64,000 bases of DNA, taken from the NCBI GenBank assembly GCA_035707105.1, contig DASSUI010000029.1, forward strand, positions 32,985-96,984, read 5' to 3'. The notes beneath the pieces are model-generated. The model did no database searches, had not been told where the DNA came from, and saw only the letters and a list, made by a program, of their open reading frames with translations. Position numbers and translations under genes: made by a program. The DNA is from Gaiellaceae bacterium. Lineage in GTDB: Bacteria > Actinomycetota > Thermoleophilia > Gaiellales > Gaiellaceae. Shown piece by piece: positions 9,830 to 19,336 of this stretch. Numbering within the stretch: position 1 is the stretch's first letter; every line of letters starts with the position of its first letter.

Positions 9830-10387
9830 ATGAAGCGCAAGATCTTCGAGTACGGAGGGATTGCAGCAAGCATCATCCTCATCGCCTTCGGAGCCGGCTC
9901 GATCGGCCTCGGCGCATGGGGCTTCAACGAGGTTCGCGACAACCTCGCCCAGGAGAACATCGTCGGTACGCCCGACTCGTCCATCCCGGGCCAGAAGGTC
10001 GACACGGGCTCCGAGGCCCGCGCATTCGCGTCCACGATGCGCAAGCACGCGCTCGAGGCCACGGGCGGCCGGACCTACGCGGAGATGGGGCGCTACCTCG
10101 ATCCGCAGGGCAAGGAGACGAACGACGAGGCCGCGGCCGCCAAGGACCCGAAGACGGGCCAGCCGGTCGCCAACGGGGCCCGGAACATCTGGGTCACCGA
10201 GACCGCGCTGGCGACGGCGCTCAACATGGCATTCCTCGGCGAGCGCATCGCGGTCTTCGGCATCGTGATGGGCTTCGCGCTCCTGCTGACCGGCATCGGC
10301 TTCCTGGTGCTGACCTTCGGCGGCGCGATCCAGCACTCTCCGTCGGTTCGCGAAACGGTTCGACGGGCCGAGCCCGTCACCGGCTGA
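9830..10387 (+). CDS. hypothetical membrane protein (N- and C-terminal TM helices)
   Basis: ORF 9803..10387. ATG 9830 follows AAAGGAG. TM helices GGIAASIILIAFGAGSIGLGAW and VFGIVMGFALLLTGIGFLVLTFG flank a soluble loop. Confidence 0.6.
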   Translation: MKRKIFEYGGIAASIILIAFGAGSIGLGAWGFNEVRDNLAQENIVGTPDSSIPGQKVDTGSEARAFASTMRKHALEATGGRTYAEMGRYLDPQGKETNDEAAAAKDPKTGQPVANGARNIWVTETALATALNMAFLGERIAVFGIVMGFALLLTGIGFLVLTFGGAIQHSPSVRETVRRAEPVTG

Positions 10388-10409
10388 GCGGCGACTCCGC
10401 TCGCGAAGC

Positions 10410-10440
10410 GAGGGCGGCCTCAGGGCCGCCCTCTTTCGTT
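10410..10440 (+). terminator. intrinsic terminator-like hairpin
   Basis: GAGGGCGGCC / GGCCGCCCTC stem followed by TTTCGTT, directly after the stop at 10387. Confidence 0.5.
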
Positions 10441-10538
10441 GCGGAAAACCCGCAGTCGTCGTGCGGCTGCCTTCGGTGTCCATCCCGCCCCGCGCTGCCT
10501 AATTCTCTACGAAACCCACGAGAGGAGAACGTTCCGAC

Positions 10539-11672
10539 ATGTCCACGCACACCGCGCCGCACCCCTATCGCCGGCCGGAGACCGACTCGGGCGCCTTCGC
10601 CAAGATGGCGGCCGTCCTGCTCGGCCTGCTCGTCGGGGTGGTCGGCTTCCTGGCCCTGCTCATGTGGCTCGACGCGAGGGACGACGGCGCCGCGGCCGCC
10701 GCGGCTCCTGCCGCGCAGGCCGCGGCCGGCGACCACAACACGGCACTGCCGCTGAACAGCTTCGCGGGCGTCGTCCCGCAGAACGCACAGGAGCTCGCGG
10801 CCGCGCACAAGCCGTACGACGCGGCGATGCCGGCGATCCCGGCCACGGGCGTGGTGAAGGTCCATATGACCCTCAAGGACATGGCCGTCGAGATTGCGCC
10901 GGGCGTCCGCTACAACACCTGGGCGTTCGACGGCCACGGTGCGCCGGGGCCCGTCGTCCACGTCCGCCAGGGGCAGACGGTCGAGATGACGCTGACGAAC
11001 GGCGGCAAGATCCCACACTCGATCGACTTCCACGCCGCGCGGATCGCGCCAAACGTGGCGTTCCGCGACGTCGCGCCCGGCGAGTCGTTCACGTTCCGCT
11101 TCCAGGCGAACGACCCGGGCGTCTTCATGTACCACTGCGGGACGAAGCCCGTCCTCGCGCACATCGCGAACGGGATGTACGGCGCGATCGTGGTCGAGCC
11201 GAAGCAGGCCCTGCCGAAGGCCGACAAGGAGTACGTCCTCGTGGCGAGCGAGTGGTACCTCGACGGCAACGGCATCGACAAGCCGGCAAACCTCGACATG
11301 GCGAAGGCGCGCCAGATGACCCCGGACTGGACAACCTTCAACGGCTACGCGAACCAGTACGTCAACCACCCGCTCACGGCCGACCCGGGCGAGACCGTGC
11401 GCTTCTGGGTCGTCGCCGCCGGCCCGACGCTCGACACGAACTTCCACGTCGTCGGGTCGATCCTCGACCGGGCCTGGGTCGACCAGGACATGACCCGCTT
11501 CGAGCGCGGCGTCCAGACCGTCGCCGTCCCGGCCGGGGGAGGTGCGGTCTTCGACGTCAAGATCGACGAGCCGGGTCTCTACCCGTTCGTCTCGCACGCC
11601 TTCGCGCACGTCGACCTGGGCCAGGTGGGCCTGCTGAAGGTCGGCGAGCCGAAGGGGACGATGTCGCACTGA
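10539..11672 (+). CDS. nirK: copper-containing nitrite reductase (NirK)-like, membrane-anchored
   Basis: 377 aa. Cu-ligand patterns HSIDFH and YHCGTKPVLAHIANGMYG (type-1/type-2 Cu). A single N-terminal TM helix (AAVLLGLLVGVVGFLALLMWL) replaces a cleavable signal peptide. Confidence 0.7.
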   Translation: MSTHTAPHPYRRPETDSGAFAKMAAVLLGLLVGVVGFLALLMWLDARDDGAAAAAAPAAQAAAGDHNTALPLNSFAGVVPQNAQELAAAHKPYDAAMPAIPATGVVKVHMTLKDMAVEIAPGVRYNTWAFDGHGAPGPVVHVRQGQTVEMTLTNGGKIPHSIDFHAARIAPNVAFRDVAPGESFTFRFQANDPGVFMYHCGTKPVLAHIANGMYGAIVVEPKQALPKADKEYVLVASEWYLDGNGIDKPANLDMAKARQMTPDWTTFNGYANQYVNHPLTADPGETVRFWVVAAGPTLDTNFHVVGSILDRAWVDQDMTRFERGVQTVAVPAGGGAVFDVKIDEPGLYPFVSHAFAHVDLGQVGLLKVGEPKGTMSH

Positions 11673-11683
11673 TCTCCCACCCA

Positions 11684-11714
11684 GCGGCGGCCGGGGGACG
11701 GCGCCGGCCGCCGC
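11684..11714. terminator. bidirectional GC hairpin between convergent genes
   Basis: GCGGCGGCCGG (11684..11694) pairs with CCGGCCGCCGC (11704..11714). 11-bp perfect stem, no U-tract. Confidence 0.45.
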
Positions 11715-11721
11715 ACCGACC

Positions 11722-12363
11722 TCAGGCCGACGGCTCGGCGGTCTCGTCGAGCAGGCCGGCCGCCAGCGCGTAGCGCACGAGCTCGGCGCGGGTGGTGATT
11801 CGAAGCTTCTGCATGATGTGCGCACGGTGCGTCTCGACCGTGCGCACCGACAGGAAGAGCGCCTGGGCGATCTCCTGGTTCGTGTGGCCGAGCGCGAGCA
11901 GGCGGAGAACCTCGCGCTCGCGCTCCGACAGCGGATCCTCCTCGGCGCGGGCACGCTCCTCGGCATCCGCGGCCACGAGCCGGGCGCCGAGCGCCGGGTG
12001 CACGTACTGCCGCCCCTCGGCTACCTCCCGGATCGCGCCGACGACCTCGGCATCGGCCGCCTCCTTGAGGACGTAGCCCTTCGCACCCGCCGCGAACGCC
12101 TCGCGGACGTACGCGGGGTCGTCCTGCATCGAGAGGAGGAGGACGTTCGTCTTCGGCGACTCCTTCAGCAGGTCGGGGATCACCTCGATCCCGCTGCGGC
12201 CGGGCATGACGACGTCGAGCAGGACGACGTCGGGCTTGTGCGCCCGGAGCTCGAAAACGGCCCCACGGGCGTCGGCCGCCTCGGCTACGACCTCGAAATC
12301 CTCCTCGGCGTCGAGCAGCATCCGGATGCCGGAGCGGACGACCGCGTGGTCGTCGACGATCAC
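11722..12363 (-). CDS. NarL/LuxR-family response regulator (DevR/DosR-like)
   Basis: REC domain (VDDH...VLLDVVMPGRSG...) plus LuxR HTH (LSEREREVLRLLALGHTNQEIAQALFLSVRTVETHRAHIMQKL). GTG start lies 11 nt after the kinase stop. Confidence 0.9.
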   Translation of the reverse strand: MIVDDHAVVRSGIRMLLDAEEDFEVVAEAADARGAVFELRAHKPDVVLLDVVMPGRSGIEVIPDLLKESPKTNVLLLSMQDDPAYVREAFAAGAKGYVLKEAADAEVVGAIREVAEGRQYVHPALGARLVAADAEERARAEEDPLSEREREVLRLLALGHTNQEIAQALFLSVRTVETHRAHIMQKLRITTRAELVRYALAAGLLDETAEPSA

Positions 12364-12374
12364 GATCTTGAGGC

Positions 12375-14018
12375 TCAGCGGATCGGGACCTCCACGGCGA
12401 GGGTCGTGCCGGCCTCACCGCTCGACTCGACGGTCACGCGACCGCGCAGCAGCGCGATTCGCTCGCGCATGCCGAGCAGCCCGAGCCCGTCTTCTCGCGT
12501 CTCGGAGGGGTCGAACCCCTGCCCGTCGTCCTCGATCACCGCCACCACGCTGTCGCCCTTCTTCGTCAGCACGACGCTCACCGTAGTCGCCTGAGCATGC
12601 TTGATGACGTTCGTGAGCGCTTCCTGGACGATCCGGTAGAGCGCGCTCTCGATCTCGTGGGGCAGCCGCTCGTCGCCCAGCGCGGCCTGGACCTGGACGT
12701 CCAGGGCGGTCTGCTCGGAGAACGTCTCGCCGAGGCGCTGGAGCGCCGGGACGAGGCCGAAGTCGTCGAGCGCCTTCGGGCGGAGCTCGACCGCGAGCCG
12801 CCGGACGTCGTGGAGGGTCGCCACGACGAGCTCGCGGAGAGCGAGCACCGACTCGCGGGCCTCCGGCCGGTCGGCCACCGCCTCCTCGATCGTCCGTAGC
12901 CCGAGGAGGATGGACGTGAGCGCCTGGCCCGTCTCGTCGTGGAGCTCGCGCGCGAGCCGTTTGCGCTCGAGCTCCTGCCCCTCCATGACCCGCCGCATCG
13001 CGTCGCCGGCGACCCGCTCCGAGAGGTCGATGGCGACGGCGGCGCGCTCGGCGAACGCCTCGGCGATGCGGACGTCCTCGTCGGTGAACCGCGGGTCCAC
13101 GGCCTGCTTGTCCTGCGCGACGATGACGCCAATCGGTCGGTCGCGGACGACGAGCGGGACGAAGAGGCCGGTGCGCGCCCCCATGTATCGGGCCGCCTGC
13201 TGCTCGACCTCAGGATCGTCGATCAGTGAGTCGACCCGCTCGCTGCGCCGGCGCTCGAGCACCCGGGCCGTCTTCGACCTCGTCGCGTCGAGCTTGAGGC
13301 CGACGTACTTGTCCGAGTCATCCCCGGCGACGGTCTCGACCGTGGTGCCGCCGTCGGGCCCCGGCATGGCGATGAAGACGAGCCGGGCGTCGATCAGGTC
13401 GCGCAACCGGGTGACGACGAGCTGGAGCAGGCGCGGGAGCTCGATCTCGGTCGCCAGCGCGTTGCCGACCTCGCCGAGCGACTGCAACTGCTCGCCCCAG
13501 CGCGTCGCCGACTCGTACAGCCGGGCGTTCTCGATCGCCACGGCGGCCTGCGCCGCGAGCAGCTGGACGAGCTCCTCGTCGTCCTCGCTGAAGTCCTCGC
13601 CGCCGGCCTTCTCGGTCAGGTAGAGATTCCCGTAGGCGACCCCGCGGAGGAGGATCGGGACGCCGAGAAACCCCTTCATCGCCGGATGGCCCGGCGGAAA
13701 GCCGACGGAGCGCGGATCGGAAGAGATGTCGGTCAGGCGGAGCGGCTTCGCGTCGGTGATCAGGACGCCGAGGATCCCGCGACCGTGCGGCAGGTCGCCG
13801 ATCCGCCTGGCCGTCTCCTCGTCCATCCCGGTGACCACGAAGTTCTCGAGGCCCGTCCCGCTCTTGTCGATCACGCCGAGCGCCGCGTACCGGGCGTCCG
13901 TCAGCTCCGCGGCCGCCTCGACGATGCGCTGGAGCACCGCCTCGATCGACAGCTCGGAGGTGACGGCGATCGCGGCGTCGAGCACGGCGCGGAGGCGCAT
14001 CTCGTCTGTGCGTTGCAT
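12375..14018 (-). CDS. GAF-GAF sensor histidine kinase (DevS/DosT-like)
   Basis: 547 aa. First GAF: YAALGVIDKSG...GHPAMKGFLGVPILLRGVAYGNLYLTEK. A second GAF follows, then HisKA_3 H-box ELHDETGQALTS and HATPase_c (IEDDGQGFD, GLLGMRERIALLRG). Confidence 0.9.
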   Translation of the reverse strand: MQRTDEMRLRAVLDAAIAVTSELSIEAVLQRIVEAAAELTDARYAALGVIDKSGTGLENFVVTGMDEETARRIGDLPHGRGILGVLITDAKPLRLTDISSDPRSVGFPPGHPAMKGFLGVPILLRGVAYGNLYLTEKAGGEDFSEDDEELVQLLAAQAAVAIENARLYESATRWGEQLQSLGEVGNALATEIELPRLLQLVVTRLRDLIDARLVFIAMPGPDGGTTVETVAGDDSDKYVGLKLDATRSKTARVLERRRSERVDSLIDDPEVEQQAARYMGARTGLFVPLVVRDRPIGVIVAQDKQAVDPRFTDEDVRIAEAFAERAAVAIDLSERVAGDAMRRVMEGQELERKRLARELHDETGQALTSILLGLRTIEEAVADRPEARESVLALRELVVATLHDVRRLAVELRPKALDDFGLVPALQRLGETFSEQTALDVQVQAALGDERLPHEIESALYRIVQEALTNVIKHAQATTVSVVLTKKGDSVVAVIEDDGQGFDPSETREDGLGLLGMRERIALLRGRVTVESSGEAGTTLAVEVPIR

Positions 14019-14059
14019 GCACAGGAATCGTACGGTGGCGCCGGGTCGGCGGAAAGCAG

Positions 14060-14587
14060 GTGGTCAGTGGTTTCCCGCCGCAACGATCAGCGGGGGCGCG
14101 GATGGGCGGCCGCGGGCCCGGGAGTAGCGTCGGAGCATGGAGCTCGTCACCTGGATCCCGTTCCTCGCGATGCTCCTCGTCCTCGCGGCCGTCTTCGCCC
14201 CCCACTCTGCCCGGCCGCACCGCGGCAGGCACTACAGTCGAGTCGATCGCAGGCGGTTCTGCCGTTGACGACGACGAGGAGGGCACCATCGAGGCGATCG
14301 CGCTCATCGCACGCCTGAAGCCGGGCGCCGAATCTCAGGCCGAGGCACTGATCCGTTCCGGCCCGCCGTTCGATCCGACGAGCCTCGGTCTCACCGGCCA
14401 CCGTGTGTTCCTCTCCGCCGACGAGGCGGTGTTCGTGTTCGAAGGGCACGAGGTCGAGTGGATGCTCGACGACCTGGTGTCGGACCCGAACGCGTGGCAG
14501 ACCCACGATGCGCTCGAGGCCTGGCGGCCCCTGATCGAGTTTCCACCGAGAATCGGCAGGGAGGCCTACTCCTGGGAGCGGGAGTGA
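14060..14587 (+). CDS. hypothetical protein carrying the paralogous domain of 8468..9064; 5' end unresolved (possible frameshift)
   Basis: Only about 14290..14587 is conserved-looking (LKPGAESQAEALIRSGPPFDPTSLGLTGHRVFL..AVFVFEG). The upstream part of this frame is Ser/Pro-rich. A different frame from ATG 14137 encodes a clean TM helix (MELVTWIPFLAMLLVLAAVFAP) up to a C6 run at 14198..14203. Confidence 0.5.
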   Translation: MVSGFPPQRSAGARMGGRGPGSSVGAWSSSPGSRSSRCSSSSRPSSPPTLPGRTAAGTTVESIAGGSAVDDDEEGTIEAIALIARLKPGAESQAEALIRSGPPFDPTSLGLTGHRVFLSADEAVFVFEGHEVEWMLDDLVSDPNAWQTHDALEAWRPLIEFPPRIGREAYSWERE

Positions 14588-17418
14588 GCGCGGTCCCTGC
14601 CCGACGGGCGTCGCCCGCGCGGAGGCCGGCGCACCGCGCGCTCGACCGCCGCTTCGAGGCAGTCGTCTTCGACTGGGACGGCACCGCCGTCGCCGACCGG
14701 CAGGCGGATGCGGGCGAGCTGCGCGAGCTCGTCGAAGAGCTGTGCGCACTCGGGCTCGACCTCGCCGTCATCACCGGGACGCACGTCGGCAACGTCGATG
14801 GCCAGCTGCGCGCCCGGCCCGCCGGGCCTGGGCGCCTGCACTTCCTCGTCAACCGGGGGTCGGAGGTCTTCCGGGCGGACGAGGACGGACTGCACCTCCT
14901 CCTCCGGCGCGAGGCGACCGCCGAGGAGAACGCCGCGCTCGACAGAGCGGCGGCCGCGACCGTCGGCGCCTTGTCCCTGCGCGGGCTCGAGGCCGAGATC
15001 GTGTCCGAGCGGCTGAACCGGCGGAAGGTCGACCTGATCCCGGATTGGGTCGACCCGCCGAAGGCGGAGATCGACGAGCTCCTGCGGGCCGTCGAGTCGC
15101 GCCTGTTCGACGCCGGCGTCGGAGGCCTTCGCGCGGCCGTCGAGCTCGCCGTCGCTGCGGCCCGCGACGAGGGCATCCCCGACCCCCGTGTGACGAGCGA
15201 CGCGAAGCACGTCGAGATCGGCCTCACGGACAAGTCCGACTCCGCGCGCTGGATTGTCGAGCATCTCCGGCGGCGCGGCATTGCACCCGGCCAGGTCCTG
15301 ATCGCCGGCGACGAGTTCGGGCCGCTCGGCGGGCTGATCGGCAGCGACTCCTACCTTCTGGTCGAGGAGGCCGAGCGCGCCACCGCGATCTCCGTGGGCG
15401 TCGAGCCGACCGGCGTCCCCGGCCGCGTGCTCTCCGTCCCCGGAGGACCCGAGGCGTACCTCGCCCTGCTCGCCGACCAGCGCGACCGGCGCCGCCGACG
15501 TGACGTCCCCGACGTCGACCGGGACCCCGCCTGGACGATCGAGATCGAGGGCGTCGACCGGCGGCTCGAGCGCACGCACGAGTCGCTTCTGACGCTCGCC
15601 GACGGCCGGCTCGGAACGCGCGGCGCGCCGCTCACCGGCGACGGCGTCACGACGCCGGGGGTCCTCTTCGCCGGTGTCTACGACGGAGAGGGACCAGCCG
15701 CCGAGCTCGCCCGGAGCCCCGGCTGGGCGCGGGTCCAGTCGAGCCCGCGGCTCCGCCCGCGCCGCCGGACGCTCGACCTCCACACGGGCCTCCTTCGAGA
15801 GGAGGGCATGCTGACGTCGCTCCGCTTCTCCTCGCTCCACCGCCCCGGAACGGTCGCGCTCCGGGCCACCGGCAAGGCCGACGCCCTCCCGCGGAGCCGT
15901 CGGCGGGTGGTCGGCCGGCAGGTGGCCGCCGCGCTCGTCGACCTGCGCAGAGGCAGGGTGTTCGAGCGGATCGGCGGCTACGACCCCGACCGGGAGGCGG
16001 CCGCGGCGGCGCTCGCGGACGCGGAGCGCGCCGGCTTCGAGCGGCTGCTCTCGGAGCACCGGGAGGCATGGGGCGGACGCTGGGCCGAGGCCGACGTCGT
16101 CATCGACGGCGACGACGACCTCCAGCTGGCCGTCCGCTTCGCGCTCTTCCACCTGATGGCGTCGGTCGCCGACTCCGGCGAAGCGGGGGTCGGCGCGCGC
16201 GGCCTCTCCGGGAACGCGTACCGCGGTCATGTCTTCTGGGACAGCGACGTCTTCGTGCTCCCGTTCCTGGCGGCGACACATCCGGCCGCTGCGAGGGCGA
16301 TGCTGGAGTACAGGGTGCGGCGCCTCCCGGCCGCCCGTGCGGCGGCTGCCGCGCTCGGCCGAGAGGGCGCGAGGTTCCCGTGGGAGTCAGCCTTCGACGG
16401 CAGCGACGTGACGCCGGCATCGGTCCGGCTGCCGTCCGGAGAGCTCGTCCCGATCCGCACGGGCGAGCTCGAAGAGCACATCGTCGCCGACGTGGCGTGG
16501 GCGGCGGCGCAGTACCTGGACTGGAGCGGCGACGACGAGTGGGGCGCCGGCCCTGGCCGGGAGCTGCTCGCCGAGACGGCGCGCTACTGGGCGTCGCGGG
16601 TGCGCTACGACCGGGAGGGCCGGGCGCACATCTACGGCGTGATCGGGCCCGACGAGTACCACGAGCCCGTCGACGACAACGCGTTCACCAACGTGATGGC
16701 CCGGTGGAACCTTCGCCGGGCCGCCGCGCTCGACGGAAGCGACGAGTCCGAGCGCGAGACATGGCTCGCCGCCGCCGACGCGCTCGTTGACGGCTACGAC
16801 CCGGCCAGCGGGATCTACGAGCAGTTCGGGGGCTTCCACGAGCTGGAGCCGCTCCTGATCGCCGAGCTCGCCCCGCACCGGCCGATCGCGGCCGACCTGC
16901 TGCTCGGCCGGCAGCGCGTGCGAGGGGCGCAGGTCCTCAAGCAGGCGGACGTGCTCATGCTCCACCACCTGCTGCCGGAGGAGGTCGAGGGTGGCTCGTT
17001 GCTTCCGAACCTGGAGTACTACGAGCCCCGCACGGCACACGGCAGCTCGCTCTCGCCCGCGGTGCACGCGGCGCTGTTCGCGCGCGCGCGCCGCTTCGAC
17101 GAGGCGGTCGAGGCGTTGTCGCTCGCCGCGCGGCTGGACCTCGACGATCTCACTGGAAGCACGGCCGGCGGGCTCCACCTCGCGACGATGGGCGGGGTCT
17201 GGCAGGCGCTCGCGTTCGGGTTCGCCGGCGTCCGGCCGAGCGGCGACCGACTCGTGGTCGATCCCCGCCTGCCGCCTCGGTGGAACGGGCTCGAGCTGGC
17301 GCTGCGGTTTCGCGGTCGTCCGTTCCGGCTGTCGATCCGGCGCCGGGCGGTCGAGGTGGACTCGGAGGAGCTGCAGGTACGACGGAGGAACGGCATCTGG
17401 GAGGTGGTCCTGAAATGA
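14584..17418 (+). CDS. HAD-like hydrolase fused to a glycoside hydrolase family 65 (trehalose/kojibiose phosphorylase-like) protein
   Basis: ORF 14458..17418. GTG 14584 overlaps the preceding stop as GTGA. HAD motif I VVFDWDGT. GH65 motifs YRGHVFWDSDVFVLPFL and ARFPWES. Confidence 0.8.
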   Translation: MSAVPARRASPARRPAHRALDRRFEAVVFDWDGTAVADRQADAGELRELVEELCALGLDLAVITGTHVGNVDGQLRARPAGPGRLHFLVNRGSEVFRADEDGLHLLLRREATAEENAALDRAAAATVGALSLRGLEAEIVSERLNRRKVDLIPDWVDPPKAEIDELLRAVESRLFDAGVGGLRAAVELAVAAARDEGIPDPRVTSDAKHVEIGLTDKSDSARWIVEHLRRRGIAPGQVLIAGDEFGPLGGLIGSDSYLLVEEAERATAISVGVEPTGVPGRVLSVPGGPEAYLALLADQRDRRRRRDVPDVDRDPAWTIEIEGVDRRLERTHESLLTLADGRLGTRGAPLTGDGVTTPGVLFAGVYDGEGPAAELARSPGWARVQSSPRLRPRRRTLDLHTGLLREEGMLTSLRFSSLHRPGTVALRATGKADALPRSRRRVVGRQVAAALVDLRRGRVFERIGGYDPDREAAAAALADAERAGFERLLSEHREAWGGRWAEADVVIDGDDDLQLAVRFALFHLMASVADSGEAGVGARGLSGNAYRGHVFWDSDVFVLPFLAATHPAAARAMLEYRVRRLPAARAAAAALGREGARFPWESAFDGSDVTPASVRLPSGELVPIRTGELEEHIVADVAWAAAQYLDWSGDDEWGAGPGRELLAETARYWASRVRYDREGRAHIYGVIGPDEYHEPVDDNAFTNVMARWNLRRAAALDGSDESERETWLAAADALVDGYDPASGIYEQFGGFHELEPLLIAELAPHRPIAADLLLGRQRVRGAQVLKQADVLMLHHLLPEEVEGGSLLPNLEYYEPRTAHGSSLSPAVHAALFARARRFDEAVEALSLAARLDLDDLTGSTAGGLHLATMGGVWQALAFGFAGVRPSGDRLVVDPRLPPRWNGLELALRFRGRPFRLSIRRRAVEVDSEELQVRRRNGIWEVVLK

Positions 17419-18221
17419 GAAGGGTTCTTGCTGCGGTCGATGGAAGCCTGGCCGACGCGCCCGTGCTGATCACGGCTCGGGCTCTCGGCGAGCTGCTCGG
17501 CGCCGACGTCGAGGCGATCCACGTCGACGCCGTCGGACGCGCCGACGGGACGGCGGCGGCCGAGGCGGCGGGAGTGCAGTTGCGGGTGGTCACTGGCGAC
17601 GTCGTCGAGGAGCTTGCAGGAGCGGGTAAGGAGGACGACGTTGCCGCCCTCGTCCTCGGCGCGCGCGGGCTGCCCACCGATCCGCGCCCGCTCGGAGCGA
17701 CGGCTGAGGCCGTGGCGACGAAGGTGCTCAAGCCGGTCGTAATCGTCCCGCCTGACGGAATCCGGCCGGCCGCGATCCGCCGGATCCTCCTTCCGCTCGA
17801 AGGCACGCCCTCGTCCTCGCACGCACCGCGGGTCGTCCTCGGGCTAGCGCAGGACATCTCGCTCGACGTGGTCGTGCTCCACGCGCTGGGGGCGGAGGAC
17901 ATCCCGTCGTTCACGGATCAGCCGCAGCACGAGCACAGGGCGTGGGCGAGCGAGTTCCTCGCCCGATACTTCCCGGCGGGCATCGCCGGCGTGCGGATGG
18001 AGACGCGGATCGGGCGCGCGGAGACCCTCGTGCCGCAGGTGGCGGAGGAGTTCGCGTGTGACCTCATCGCGCTCGGCTGGGCGCAGGAGCTCGCGCCGGG
18101 TCGGGCACCCGTCGTGCGCGCAGCGCTCCAGCTGTCGCAGCGTCCCGTCCTGCTCGTGCCGGTGCACTCGGACTCACCCGAGCACTCGGAAGTCAAAGAG
18201 GAGGACCTCGCGAGAGCCTGA
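17415..18221 (+). CDS. tandem universal stress protein (UspA family)
   Basis: ORF 17280..18221. ATG 17415 overlaps the GH65 stop as ATGA. MRRVLAAVDGSLADAPVL... is paralogous to the 4247..5035 protein. Confidence 0.75.
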   Translation: MRRVLAAVDGSLADAPVLITARALGELLGADVEAIHVDAVGRADGTAAAEAAGVQLRVVTGDVVEELAGAGKEDDVAALVLGARGLPTDPRPLGATAEAVATKVLKPVVIVPPDGIRPAAIRRILLPLEGTPSSSHAPRVVLGLAQDISLDVVVLHALGAEDIPSFTDQPQHEHRAWASEFLARYFPAGIAGVRMETRIGRAETLVPQVAEEFACDLIALGWAQELAPGRAPVVRAALQLSQRPVLLVPVHSDSPEHSEVKEEDLARA

Positions 18222-18250
18222 GGAAGCGCCGACCGACACCCGCCGTAGAG

Positions 18251-19336
18251 TTGGTGGCGATGGATCCCGCGCGTACGCGGCGCGTGGAGCTCGTCCTCCC
18301 GATGCGGACGGTGCTCGTCGTCGCCGCCGCCTTCATGGTGCTCGCCGCGTTCACGGCGATCGGCGACACGTTTCTCATCGTCTTCGTGGGGATCTTCCTC
18401 GCGTTCGTCTTCGAGTTCCCGGTCAGGTTCGTGATGGCGCGGACGGGACTCTCGCGCGGGTTCGCGGCGACCGTCACCGTGCTCGGAACCGCCCTGCTCG
18501 CGCTGGTGCTGTTCCTGCTCTTCCTCGTGCCGCTCGTCGCGGCGGTCCGCGACTTCCTGGAGCAGCTGCCCGCGGTCGTCGAGGATCTCCGTGGGTCGGA
18601 CGAGCTCTCCTGGCTCGGCGACTCGGGCGCGGCGCAGAACGTCCAGGAGGGTGCCGATCACGTCTCGGCCTCGCTGCCCAACGCCGTCTCGGAGATCCTC
18701 GGCATCGCGGGGACGTTCTTCGGCGTGTTCCTCGCGGCGTTCACGATCCTCTTCATCTGCCTCTTCCTCCTCACCGACGTCGAGAACCTCAAGCGCTCGC
18801 TCGCCTCCGTGCTGATGCCCGGGCAGGACGAGCGCTGGCTGCGGGTGTGGGAGCGGGTGACGGAGACGCTGTCTCGCTGGGCGATCGGAGTGCTCGTGAT
18901 CGCGGTGATCGCCGGCACCGTCCAGGGGACGACGGCGTGGCTGCTCGGCTCGAGCTACGCGCTTGCGCTCGGTGTGATCGCCGGGCTCCTCGACACGATC
19001 CCGAACCTCGGCGCGACGATCGCCGGCTTCCTGCTGGTGCCGGCCGTCTGGGCCGAGGAAGGGCTGGCCGCGGCGGCGATCATGCTCGCCGTCGTGCTCA
19101 CCTACCAGCAGGTGGAGAACAACGTCATCACGCCGAAGGTCCAGGGCAAGGCCGTGCAGCTCTCGGGCTTCTTCATCATCGTGGCGGTGACGCTCTTCGG
19201 GGCCCTGCTCGGCGTGCTCGGCGCGCTGACTGCCGTGCCGCTCGCCGCGACGATCCAGATCTTCGTCCGGGAGCTGACGCAGGCGAGGCGGGAGCAGGTG
19301 CTCGAGGCGCGCGCCGCGCTCGACGCGCCGCCCTAG
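18251..19336 (+). CDS. AI-2E family transporter (PerM/UPF0118)
   Basis: 361 aa polytopic membrane protein. C-terminal pattern LLDTIPNLGATIAG...VENNVITPKVQGKAV is typical of AI-2E. The start may be ATG 18260. Confidence 0.75.
   Translation: MVAMDPARTRRVELVLPMRTVLVVAAAFMVLAAFTAIGDTFLIVFVGIFLAFVFEFPVRFVMARTGLSRGFAATVTVLGTALLALVLFLLFLVPLVAAVRDFLEQLPAVVEDLRGSDELSWLGDSGAAQNVQEGADHVSASLPNAVSEILGIAGTFFGVFLAAFTILFICLFLLTDVENLKRSLASVLMPGQDERWLRVWERVTETLSRWAIGVLVIAVIAGTVQGTTAWLLGSSYALALGVIAGLLDTIPNLGATIAGFLLVPAVWAEEGLAAAAIMLAVVLTYQQVENNVITPKVQGKAVQLSGFFIIVAVTLFGALLGVLGALTAVPLAATIQIFVRELTQARREQVLEARAALDAPP

Noticed and set aside
10441-10460. TGCGG-AAAAC-CCGCA palindrome upstream of nirK.
   Set aside because: The 5-bp arms sit immediately after a terminator hairpin. 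It could equally be part of that terminator region. It has no known consensus match and no second copy.
9065-14136. A search for a mycobacterial-type DosR box (GGGAC..GTCCC palindrome) in the promoters around the DevRS-like genes.
   Set aside because: I found no convincing GGGACT-N-AGTCCC palindrome by eye in 9065..9255, 9709..9829, 10441..10538 or 14019..14136. I therefore make no DosR-box claim. A computational scan is still needed.
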